DNA from: Marsupella aquatica
Taxonomy: Eukaryota > Plantae > Marchantiophyta
Direction: 5' to 3'
Length of the DNA: 64,000 nucleotides
Assembly: GCA_973895155.1 (NCBI GenBank)
Contig: OZ316893.1
Coordinates: 496,860-560,859, forward strand
Both the position numbers and the translations under genes were made by a program. Every line of letters begins with the position of its first letter. Position 1 is the stretch's first letter. The notes under the pieces are model-generated. The model was not told where the DNA came from. It worked only from the letters and a program-made list of their open reading frames with translations, and searched no databases. Shown in pieces: positions 11,461 to 22,946 of the stretch.

Positions 11461-14039
11461 CTGCTAGCACAATCCAACAGAAAGGACCAGGTTGAGAAAA
11501 TCAGAGGTTTTTACCCTAGAATTGACTTCAAGGTCCACAGCTAATGGAGCAAGTTCCATGAGCGCCAAGTCGGGAACGTATGAATTCATAGTTTTGAAAA
11601 TCCCGCATTGTGAGCCGTCAGTCATAGCCTACAAGCACAACGCCTTGGCAGGACAGGTCTAGGACGAGGGATGGCATCAATAACTTCCAGAGAAAGAACA
11701 GACGTTTATGCAAATGACAAATCTCCAACCCACCCTACGATGAGTTTGCTCAATGTCGTCCCTTAAACCCTCCTCAGGAGATATGGGAACAAAAATAGGC
11801 TATATAAGGAAGCATATGCCATGGCAGGCAATCCTAGATTGCCATCAAGAAAACAAGCAACTACTTAGGTTTGCAATTCGGAAGCCGATTGATTGTAAAT
11901 ACACGACATACAAGGCTGTTTCGACGAGAAGAAATCTTGAGCTCGGTGATGCGCAGGGGGACACGAGTAGGTGGCTCATCTTGCACGTCGTCTTCTGATT
12001 TCTCCAATTCCAGCACGTACTCCATAATCCAAAGACACCAGTGTATAAGCTCGCATACCCACTTCTTGAATCCCCTCCTACCAAAAACCTGCGCGACAGG
12101 AATTCTTTCTGGTGGCAGTACTGCGCGAATGGGAATGCTCGCCTGCCGGATTAATTTTTCACTGCCTAAGTCTTCATTCTATGAACATACAACCTCAGAG
12201 GAACCCTGTTGCAGCTACAATATCTAATATGAGCATGAGTTGAAAAAAAGCCGTAGAGCGTAGCTGGCATGACCAACAAGCAAAAGGACAGATTCAGAAG
12301 CGTCTGCAACTAGTGAAATCCGTATCCTTCTAAAAAACTAGAAAAACGATACCTGAACGAAGTCTGGTTATCTCTCAACGAGGAAAGCTTGTTTGCTTTC
12401 ACAAAAGGACCCTAAAACCTTGCGGCAACCAAAGTGGGCTCCACTTTTCACCTGAACCAAAACCAACAACCAGTAAGAACAAGACCGCTATGAACAAGGC
12501 ATTCCCTAGAGGATCATCGTGAAGAGACCTCCCAACAAGGTACGGACCGGATCGAGGACATCATTTTGCTACTGATGAATTGAGCTTACATTGCTAACAT
12601 TTCGAAATGTTGCTCCATCCATCTAACAATAAAGAGACACAAATTGTAAAGAGTCTGCGCAATTAGACGCAATTGGCAGCCTACGCAAACATGTTGCTTC
12701 AACGACTCTCTTCCTGCATCAGAATCTCCTTCCCAGACACAACCGCAGCCTTATAACCCTAAATCAGCAGTCTCATTCTTGGAGAGCAGAATTTCATCTC
12801 TGTCCTAAATGATAATTCACGCTACTTTAATTCTCCCTCGTTGGTCAAATTCCATATCAAGATATTGCAATTTCATTCTTGCAAGGTCACAACTCACAAC
12901 GCTGAGCCAAGAACATCCGATCTGGTTTCACTCACTGCCCCTCGTTACCGCCTGGACCCACAACAGTCTTTCAAAAGACCAAATAACCTCCTCTTCGTCG
13001 CATCTCCTCCTCTTGGTTGCATCTCCTCTTGGTTGCATCTCCTCCTTGTCGCAGCTCCTCTTGGGGTTCACAGCTAGCGCGCAGCAGCGCTCGATGGTTG
13101 ACAATGCGCAGCTGAGCTAGGAGAAGAACTGAATGACTGTGGCTGCTCTTCTCTGCAGTCCAAGCACCCGGCTGGCAGAATGCTACGACACCTGAAAGAA
13201 GCGCACTTTCAGCTGCATGGCCGGGACTAACCTTTGGCTGATGACACTGATAACCAATGGCAGCATTGTCAACTGCTTCCTCCTAACAAACAACCGGCTC
13301 CCGATTCTGCAACTGCTCTTTAAGCTCCACGACCTCCTTCACAACTCCAATGTCCACCTTCCGCAGTGGTTGCCTTCCACAGCGCCTTCACAACTCCAAT
13401 GTCCACCTTCCGCAGCAGCAAATGATTGCCACCCTGCTCACGCCTCCTTTGAATGCCTTGGCAACCTTAAGGACACACTACAATTAAACTTCCGCAGCAA
13501 TCGCCTCACCTTACGATAGACCTTGGCACCGCAACACCTTCCCAGATCACAGCTGCTCCCCTCAGCTAAACCCTCAGCACCTCAGTCCCCAGATCACAGC
13601 TCCTCCCGAACTGCAACTCACTCAAAACCTAAGCACTCAGGAGTGCCCTCGACAATGAACAATGGGGCAACTCAGATCGGAAGCAAAGAGTCCTGCGACT
13701 GTAAAAGCCTTGGAACAGTACGCAGCCGCGCAAAACCTCAACATTTGACAGGCATTCGATGCTCTACCCTAACCAACACTCACTAAACCAAGACTTAGTG
13801 TGGCCGTCTCCTCAGCAGCTCGCGATCCGTAGACACTGATTGTAGCTCGGCAGAGGACAACCGAGGGTCAAGTTCGTAAGAATCCCCCGTTTCCCTCGCA
13901 AAACCCTTTGCAAAACCCCGATCCTCCCACCCCGTCTCCCTAAACTGTGCGACCCTAAACTCCCTCCGGCTGTTGTGTTAGTGCCCCTACAGAGAGAATG
14001 AGGGGACCCTATGCCAAAATGTGGGCAAAAGGATTGACC

Positions 14040-14855
14040 GTTGGGGTGAGCCGTTGAGTGGGGCGAGGCATTAAGTGTGACCCCAAAAATTCATTTAGGC
14101 AAAATGAATTGTGGTAAATTGTGACCTGTTTTGAGAGTTGAAAGATAATCAGAAGTAAAGGGACCATGGAGAAGACGGGGCCAATGTAATTAAGTCAAGC
14201 ATCACTCATTCAAAATCCACATGGACATAGTTGGGTACTATATGAGACACAAGGGGACAAGACATTTTTGAAGGGTTGGCATATTTACCCTCATCCCTAA
14301 ACTTGGATGTGGTGCACATAACATCCACTCTCCTACCCCAAGTACAAAACAACTCCTAACAACTTAGGCCCAATGTAGTCACTTGTGCCCAACCATGTTC
14401 ATTAAGAGCCTAAATGTTTTCATTTCACCCACATTGCATGTTGTTGGGGGTTCCATGGTCTGTTATTATAATGTAACTCCTCATGTGAACTTTGTGAAAT
14501 TTAGTATTTAAGGGACCATGGAGAAAGTGGGCCAATGGAGTAATTGGAACCATGAACCTTTTTGGTCACAAATAAGGCCATCTAATGAGTTATGCCCCTT
14601 GCTATCACCATCTTTATAGAATTAACCCTCTTCAACATAAGTGAACATTACCCATGTAGTGCTAGACTATTCACCGTTCACAAAGTAGCAAGGACCCTTC
14701 TCATAGTCTTTTAGAGAACCATATAACACTAATAGTCTTTTGTAGTCTTCAACAAAACCGGCACAATGGGAGCGAGTCGTTTCAAGTATGGAAAAAGGAC
14801 TTAGTGGGCTTAGTCCTATAAGGTATGGTCTAAATGGCCCCGGTTTCTACTAGTG
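14040..14855 (+). mobile_element. Second CACTA-type terminus and subterminal region (partner end not found)
   Basis: Ends ...CCCCGGTTTCTACTAGTG (reverse complement CACTAGTAGAAACCGGGG). It is preceded by non-coding DNA with a repeated AAGGGACCATGGAGAA motif (~14159 and ~14510). The left limit is approximate. Confidence 0.5.
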
Positions 14856-14887
14856 TCTGGAACCTTTTGAAGGACTCATGAAGACAA

Positions 14888-15290
14888 CTACTTCATTGTC
14901 CACTGATTGCAAAATGATTCACGGTAAGCTGCATCTTGATCCCTGGCTAGCTGACTAACAGTTGCATCCGTGACACGCCCATTCAGTAGCCTGCGAGCCA
15001 GCCTATCCTTCACCGTTGGTTTCTTTCGCAAGAGAGCAGTCAGCCCACCTCTTGGCTTTTCTGTACGAGAGTCAGCATTGCCCCCTTTCACCAAAAGCCC
15101 CACTAGGAGCCTCACCAAATTCTCCTAATCTAATTTGAGTAGTAGCTGCTTCTCTTAAGCAGGCCTCGTTGTGCTCTCTAGTTCTTTTTGCTCTGTGTCT
15201 CCATGCTAGTGCCTTGGCTTGTTCGTCCATCTTCCTAACGTTCCCTATCGCCTGCTCCACTAGCTCGACCGGGTCTAAGCTTTGATGACC
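14888..15290 (-). pseudogene. Probable frameshifted host-gene exon, unknown product
   Basis: Two overlapping minus-strand ORFs (15072-15260 and 14888-15118) read as one natural-looking peptide if joined by a frameshift. A candidate acceptor TTACAG lies at ~15290. Confidence 0.3.
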
Positions 15291-16043
15291 TGTAAGGATG
15301 CCAGTTTCAGCGGGTCATTGTAACGTGCGAGTAGACAGTAAATAAATTCCTCCTGGAACATTTTCTCCTTGCCCTATGCAAAATCTGGCATGGAAATTAC
15401 CTCTGTAGCATGAATTGACACTGGCTAGCCTAAAAGTAATTTGTTTTACAACAGAAACTTCATTATTACATTACATTACGAAACCTATCGTCGGCAGTAT
15501 ATTTGTACATATCATGTATTTCTCGCACAACCGGCCACTCAAACCAACCATAATTGACCCTACTATTTGAAAGTACATCAGGCCAGCAAAATCGCTAGCC
15601 ATCGTGCAGCCCATAATTCTCCCACAAACTTTGGCATGCGGTCTTTAACAACGTGAAAAATGCATCATGAGAACGGACTGGGAATAACGGTCTTTGACTA
15701 AAGCAATCTTGGTAGCGCATCCCCGGACAGAATCCAAAGTTCCATACGGCTATCAAGCGTGACACTCATCGTACCCCCTAACAGACCGGATCCCAAAACC
15801 GTTGTGTAGGATCTCCCGCTTTCCACCATCCCCTATATCTCACTCGGACCTTCCGAACCATTTCCATTCCTTCCATTTCGGTCATTGTTTTGCGCTCTCC
15901 TTCTCTTCGTCGTGAGACTCCAAACGCGCTTCTCTTCTTCTCTTTGCGGGACTCGAAGGCCTGTCATGTTCTACTATCATTGCAGCATTGCAAAGAGTTC
16001 CTCGACAATCATACGCACCAGGGATTTGTAAGTTGGTTCCGGA

Positions 16044-16765
16044 TTGAGGTGGGGGTGAGGGTGGGGGAGCTGTTCAATTCCATGGGGGTTGAGGGTGAGG
16101 GTGCCCCCCAGTTTTGAGGGTGCGAGTACTAGGGGGCGTGTGCAACCCTACTGTAGCATTTGGGGGTGTAATGAGTTGGGGGTGAGGGTGGGGGAGTGGT
16201 TCCATGGGTGTTGAGGGTGAGGGTGGCCCCCAGTTTTGAGGGTGCGAGTACTAGGGGGCGAGTGCCACCCTACTGTAGCTTTTGGGGGTGTAACAAGCTA
16301 GGGTGAGGGTGGGGGAGGGGTTCCATGGGGGTTGAGGGTGAGAGTGCCCCCTAGTTTTGAGGGTGCGAGTACTACGGGGCGTGTGCAACCCTACTGTAGC
16401 ATTTGGGGATGCAACGAGCTGGGGGTGAGGGTGGGGGAGGGGTTCCATGGGGTTGAGGGTGAGGGTGCCCCCCAGTTTTGAGGGTGCGAGTACTAGGGGG
16501 CGTGTGCACCCCTATTGTAGTATTTGGGGGTGTAACAAGCTGGGGGTGACGGTGGGGGAGGGGTTCCATGGGGGTTGAGGGTGAGGGTGCCCCCCAGATT
16601 TGAGGGTGCGAGTACTAGGGGGCATGTGCAACCCTACTATAGCATTTGGGGGTGTAACGAGCTGGGGGTGAGGGTGGGGGAGCGGTTCCATGGGGGTTGA
16701 GGGTGAGGGTCGCCCCCAGTTTTGAGGGTGCGAGTACTAGGGGGTGTGTGCAACCCTACTGTAGC
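16044..16765. repeat. G-rich tandem satellite, ~121-bp unit, ~6 copies
   Basis: Repeated unit GGGGGTGAGGGTGGGGGAGGGGTTCCATGGGGGTTGAGGGTGAGGGTGCCCCCCAGTTTTGAGGGTGCGAGTACTAGGGGGCGTGTGCAACCCTACTGTAGCATTTGGGGGTGTAACGAGCT. Confidence 0.95.
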
Positions 16766-17167
16766 TGTGCATATCTTCTCCGCACAGCGCGTGTAATGAG
16801 GCCGGTCTTCAGGCCATTTCAGGGTATTTAGGGAGCCTAGTGCACGGTCTCCTACATGCGGTGCACGGTCTCCACGTTTCAGCATTTGGACTCCCACAAC
16901 ATTATTGTTTAAACCTTTAAACTCCGCTAGTATTGATTTGGGTGACTTACGGGTGGTTACCATAGACTCCCATAACATTATTTTTTAAATATTCATACAC
17001 CACTAGCATTGATGGTGACTCACTGGCAATCTTGCACTCCCATAACATTTCCAGCTAAACTCTTTTGCAGCTATAGCATTCATGTCGAAACCTTTGGACT
17101 CCGTTAGCATCAAAAGTGTCACCGTTCAATTAGGTACGTGGGAAATGACATACAAAGGAAACAAAGC

Positions 17168-17498
17168 TTGGTCGGGAAGCATTGGCCTTCTAGAATTCCT
17201 GTTGCCCGCCTTCAATCTGGTTCCTTAATGTGCTCGTCGCCTTCAATTTCCCTTCTGCGCCATGGTTGGGCTGGTATTTTGGACGGGAAGCATTGGCCTT
17301 CTAGAATTCCTGCCGCCCACCTTCAATCTGGTTCCTTAATGTGCTCATCGCCTTCAATTTCCCTTTTGCGCCATGGTTGGGCTGGTATTTTGGTCGGGAA
17401 GCATTGGCCTTCTAGAATTCCTACCGCCCGCCTTCAATTTTGGTTCCTTAATGTGCTTGTCGCCTTCAATTTCCCTTCTGCGCCATGGTTGGGCTGGT
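17168..17498. repeat. ~112-bp tandem repeat, 3 copies
   Basis: TTGG(T/A)CGGGAAGCATTGGCCTTCTAGAATTCCT...CCATGGTTGGGCTGGTAT starts at ~17168, ~17280 and ~17390. Confidence 0.92.
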
Positions 17499-20400
17499 AT
17501 ATACATTTTTGTGCAGCCCAACGATCGCAATGCCCGATCTTTGCGGTCTTTTTTGTGGTCTTTTTGCCATGAGTGCCCGAAAAAGACCGTCCCGCCATGA
17601 ACATACAAGGAACCAACATTACAAAGCAAGTCGATCCCCGCGCCATTCTTCAAAAGTCACTACTTTGGGAGCCCGGATAGCACTGCGGCCTTCTTCCCAT
17701 ACTCCCCTTGCATCAACTCTGTCCACCCTCCCTCCCCGTCATATAGGGTTTATTATAGGGTTCCCTTACCCTTGCGTTGTTCCTCGTGGCTCCCTCCCAC
17801 GGCCCCCAATACACCAAGGGATCAACTACAATCCTGTCATCCTCCAAATGTCAACTCACGTTTACGGTTCAGGGTTTACCCTAGTTTTGTGTTCTTCTTG
17901 CCACAAACGCCCAAAAAAGACAGTCGTGCCATGAAAATTCAAAGTAAATCAATCCCCACACCATCTTCAAATGTCACTCCTTTGGGAGCCCGGATAGCAT
18001 TGTGGCCGTCTTTCCGTACTCCCCTCGCACCAACTCTGCCCACCCTGCCATCTATCGCGTAGAGCCTCTCCATACACTGTGGCCACTGTGGACTGCCTCA
18101 CCTCTGCCTCTCCTGAAACTTCACTCACAGGATTCACCTCTTTCTGGCCAATTCCGTAACACTCACTCATTTCCCAGCCATCTAATTTTGCGACACCCGA
18201 TTCCTGGCTTTACAGCAACCAGGACGCGTGACCCTAGACCCTCAACCCACGTTCACTCCATGGGCACAGCACTTGCCTTAGAGAACACAAACACCCTCCA
18301 CAAAACTATACTAGCACCACTACTGTACTAGTCCCACCTTTGCCTTCTTCCACCTCCCCGTTGCACGACTATCGCGTAGAGCCTCTCCCTGTGCGGCTGG
18401 CCAGCTCACACCCGCCCAAAGTTTAGGGTTTATTAAGGTTGCCCGAACCTGGAATTACCTCAAACTCCATTCATGGCAGAAAACCAGGGCACCCCTCAGC
18501 CTTACCTCCCGGCGGTTAGGGTTTTGTGTTTACGTGTTTAGGGGTTTTCCCTAAACCCTTACCTTCTTCGTCGTGGCTCCCTGCCCCGGCCTTGCACACA
18601 CAAAGGGATAACTCCAATCCTGCCATTCTTGAAATGTCAACTCATGATCACAACCCCGCATAGTGCAGCAATCTCATCACGAGCCCCGATGGTATCAAAC
18701 CAGGGCACCACTCAGCCTTCCCTCCTGGCAGTTAGGGTTTTGTGTTTACAGGTTTAGGGGTTTTCCCTAAACCCTTGCCTTCTTCCACTCCCCGCTGCGC
18801 GACTATCGCGTAGAGCCTCTCCCTGTGCGGCTGGCCAGCGCACACCCGCCCGAAGTTTAGGGTTTATAAGGGTTGCCCAAACCTGGAATTACCTCAAACT
18901 CCATTCATGGCAGAAAACCAGGGCACCCCTCAGCCTTCCCTCCCGGCGGTTAGGGTTTTGTGTTTACGTGTTTAGGGGTTTTCCCTAAACCCTTACCTTC
19001 TTCATCGTGGCTCCCTGCCCCGGCCTTGCACACACAAAGGGATAACTCCAATCCTGCCATTCTCAAAATGTCAACTCATGATCACAACCCCTGTATATAT
19101 CTTCTCCTCACTGTGCGTGCAATGAGGCCGGTCTTCAGGCCATTTCAGGGTTTTTAGGGAGCGCGGTGCATGGTCTCCTACATGCGGTGCACGGTCTCGA
19201 CGTTTCAACATTTGGACTCCCACAACATTATTATTAAAACCTTTAAACTCCGCTAGTATTGATTAGGGTGACTTACGGGTGGTTACTTGTATATATCTTC
19301 TCCTCATTGCGCGTGCAATGAGGCCGGTCTTCAGGCCATTTCAGGGTTTTTAGGGAGCGCGGTGCATGGTCTCCTACATGCAGTGCACGGTCTCGACGTT
19401 TCAACATTTGGACTCCCACAACATTATTATTAAAACCTTTAAACTCCGCTAGTATTGATTAGGGTGACTTACGGGTGGTTACCGTAGGCTCCCATAACAT
19501 TATTTTTTAAGTGTTCATACACCACTAGCATTCATGGTGACTCACTTGTAATCCCGCACTCCCATAACATTTCCAATCAAACTCTTTTGCAGCTATAACA
19601 TTCATGTTGAAACCATTGGACTCCGTTAGCATCAAAAGTGTTACCATTCAATTAGGTTCGTGAGAAATACAAAGGAAACAAAGCTTGGTCAATGCTCCTA
19701 GAATTCTTGTACCAGCCTTCAGTCTGGTTCCTTAATGTACACATCCATGGTTGATGTATTCATGCCTTGCTACTCACCTCCATCTGTGTTGCAACTCCAT
19801 TTAGACACTCTTAGGACCCAAATCGCCTTCACTGTCCAACCCACCATACAAGACTCTTATGTAAAGGCTGTGTCTCACATGCGATGCATGGTATGTCTCC
19901 AAGTTTCAGCATATGGACTCCCACAACATTTCCGGTTAAACCGTAGACTCCCATAGCTTTCATGTTGAAACCTTTAAACTCCGTTAGTATCAAGTGTGTC
20001 ACCATTCAATTTTGGACGTGGGAAATGAGATACAAATTAAAGAAGACCAGGCTTCTTGATTAGAACTAATTCACTCTATATAGTTGTGATATATTATTTA
20101 CTCTCTAGACTCAATGCTAATCCACACCTGGGTCTATGCTCGATTCGCCTCAAACTCTTGGGCCCGTAATGCCAGGTGTTGTAATTCAGCTTCAGGGTTG
20201 GGTGGGGGGTTGAGTTGGGTTGGAGTTGTGTGTTGGGGGTGTGGGGGTTGTGGGTTGTGGGTGTGGGAGTCGTGGGTTGAGTTGGGTTGGAGTTTAGGGA
20301 TCTATATGTGTTGGGGGTGTGAGAGTTGTGGGTTGGGGGTTGAGTTGGGTTGGGGGTTGAGTTGGGTGTGGGGGTTGTGTGTTTAGGGTTTAGGGTTGTG

Positions 20401-20584
20401 TGTTGAGTTGGGTTGGAGATATGTGTTGGGGGTGTGAGAGTTGTGGGTTTAGAGTGTCATCCCCAGTTTTCACATGTGGCATACCAGATTTTTAAGTATT
20501 GGTATGATTATTGTATATTGGGGGTGAGTTTGACCCCCAGTTTGTTGTGTGCGCATTTTGGAGGGGTTAGGGGTGGGGGTACCC

Positions 20585-21285
20585 CTGAATTTTCGGGGTG
20601 CGTGTACTAGGGGGCGAGTGCCACCCTACTGTAGCTTTTGGGGGTGGAACGAGCTGGGGGTGAGGGTGGGGGAGGGGTTCCATGGGGGTTGAGGGTGAGG
20701 GTGCCCCCCAGTTTTAGGGGTGCGTGTGGTGTAACGAGCTGGGGGTGAGGGTGGGGTAGGGGTTCCATGGGGGTTGAGGGTGAGGGTGCCCCCCAGTTTT
20801 GGGGGTGCATGCACATGGGGTCGTGTGCAACCCTAATTGAGCATTTGGGGGTGTAACGAGCTGGGGGTGAAGGTGGGGGAGGGGTTCCATGGGGGTTGAG
20901 GGTGAGGGTGGCCCCCAGTTTTGGGGGTGCATGCATATGGGGGCATGTGCAACCCTAATTGAGCATTTGGGGGTGTAACGAGCTGGGGGTGAGGGTGAGG
21001 GTGCCCCCCAGTTTTGCGGGGTGTGCACATGGGGGCGTGTGCAACCCTAATTGAGCATTTGGGGGTGTAACAACCTGGGGGTGAGGGTGGGGAAGGGGTT
21101 CCATGGGGGTTGAGGGTGAGGGTGGCCCCCAGTTTTGGGGGCCGTGCACATGGGAGCGTGTGCAACCCTAATGTAGCATTTGGGGGTGTAACGAGCTGGG
21201 GGTGAGGGTGGGGAGGGGTTCCATGGGGGTTGAGGGTGAGGGTGGCCCTCAGTTTTGTGGGTGCATGCATTGGGGGTGAGGGTGA
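20585..21285. repeat. Second array of the ~121-bp G-rich satellite (variant units)
   Basis: Same unit as 16044-16765 with substitutions (GCATGCACATGGGG, CCCTAATTGAGC) and some shortened copies. Confidence 0.92.
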
Positions 21286-22946
21286 TCAAAATTGGGGGTG
21301 AATCACCCCCAATTTATGCATACTAGGAGTGAGTCCACGCTCCTATATACATTTTCGTGCAGCCCAACGATCGCAATGCCCGGTCTTTGTGGTTTTTTTG
21401 TGGTCTTTTTGCCACGAGTGCCCGAAAAAGACCGTCCCGCCATGAAAATACAAAGGAACCAACATTACAAAACAAGTCGATCCCCGCGCCATTCTTCAAA
21501 CGTCACTGCTTCGAGAGCCCGGATAGCACTGCGGCCTTCTTCCCATACTCCCCTTGCATCAACTCTGGCCACCCTCCCTCCCCGTCATTTAGGGTTTATT
21601 TTAGGGTTCCCTTACCCTTGCGTTGTTCCTCGTGGCTCCCTCCCACGGCCCCCAATACACCAAGGGATCAACTACAATCCTGTCATCCTCCAAATGCCAA
21701 CTCACGTTTACGGTTTGGGATTTACCGTTTCCGGTTCAGGGTTTACCGTTTAGGGTTTAGGGTTTACCCTAGTTTCGTGTTCTTCTTGCCCCGAACGCCC
21801 GAAAAAGACAGTTGTGCCATGAAAATACAAAGTAAATCAATCCCCGCACCATTTTTCAAACGTCATTGCTTCGGGAGCCCGAATAGCACTGCGGCCTTCT
21901 TCCCATACTCCCCTCGAATCAACTCTGTCCACCCTCCCTCCCGTCATATAGGGTTTATTATAGGGTTCCCTTACCCTTGCGTTGTTCCTCGTGGCTCCCT
22001 CCCACGGCCCCCAATACACCAAGGGATCAACTACAATCCTGTCATCCTCCAAATGCCAACTCACGTTTACGGTTTGGGATTTACCGTTTCCGGTTCAGGG
22101 TTTACCGTTTAGGGTTTAGGGTTTACCCTAGTTTCATGTTCTTCTTGCCCCAAACGCTCGAAAAAGACAGTCGTGCCATGAAAATACAAAAGTAATCAAT
22201 CCCCGCACCATTCTTCAAACGTCACTGCTTCAGGAGCCCGGATAGCACTGCGGCCGTCTTCCCGTACTCCCCTCGCACGAACTCTGCCTACCCTGCCATC
22301 TATCGCGTAGAGCCTCTCCATACGTTGCGGCCACTGTGGACTGCCTCACCTCTGCCTCTCCTGGAACTTCACTCACGGGATTCACCTCTTTCTGGCCAAT
22401 TCCGTAACACTCAATCATTTCCCCGCCATCTAATTTTGCGACACCCGATTCCTGGCTTTACAGCAACCAGGACGCGTGACCCTAGACCCTCAACGCACGT
22501 TCACTCCATGGGCATAGCACTTGCCTTAGAGAACACGAACGCCCTCCACAAAACTATACTAGCACCACTACTATACTAGTCCCATCTTTGCCTTCTTCCA
22601 CTCCCCGCTGCACGACTATCGCGTAGAGCCTCTCCCTGTGCGGCTGGCCAGCACACACCCGCCCAAAGTTTAGGGTTTATTAGGGTTGTCCGAACTTGGA
22701 ATTACCTCAAACTCCATTTGACGTGCCGACAATGTAGTTAGATGGTTAGAAGCTAGTGTAGAGAATTTTAGAGTGTTGGGAAGTGATTTTGGCCCAGCTC
22801 GCTAGCCTTGCTGTATGTGGACCATACGGTCACCTCCCCGTGATTTCATTAATGTGTTCCAAGTTCTGTCCGTTGATAAGTACATGGCATATATATGACA
22901 ATTGAGAAAGGCGTACCAACGGTTGGGGTATTAATCGATATGGCAC

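Larger units (their letters stand above)
16766..22717. repeat. Mosaic of duplicated non-coding blocks
   Basis: 16766-17170 recurs at ~19092-19287 (partial) and ~19288-19735. 17499-18480 recurs at ~21345-22717 with an internal ~360-bp tandem duplication. ~18352-18657 recurs at ~18785-19090. Short TTTAGGG runs occur at ~20382, ~21748 and ~22108. Confidence 0.85.

Noticed and set aside
11750-13800. Short ORFs and microrepeats upstream of HemK2 as a separate gene
   Set aside because: No recognisable domain; possible small exons could not be assembled with confidence.
16044-17498. Regular repeats as a CRISPR array
   Set aside because: Pure tandem repeats with no unique spacers, no cas genes and a eukaryotic context.
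20382-22125. TTTAGGG runs as a true telomere or fusion site
   Set aside because: Only 2-3 units each, embedded in duplicated blocks.
16251-22579. Pro/His-rich and repeated ORFs in the satellite/mosaic region
   Set aside because: By-products of stop-poor tandem repeats, open in several frames with no recognisable domain.
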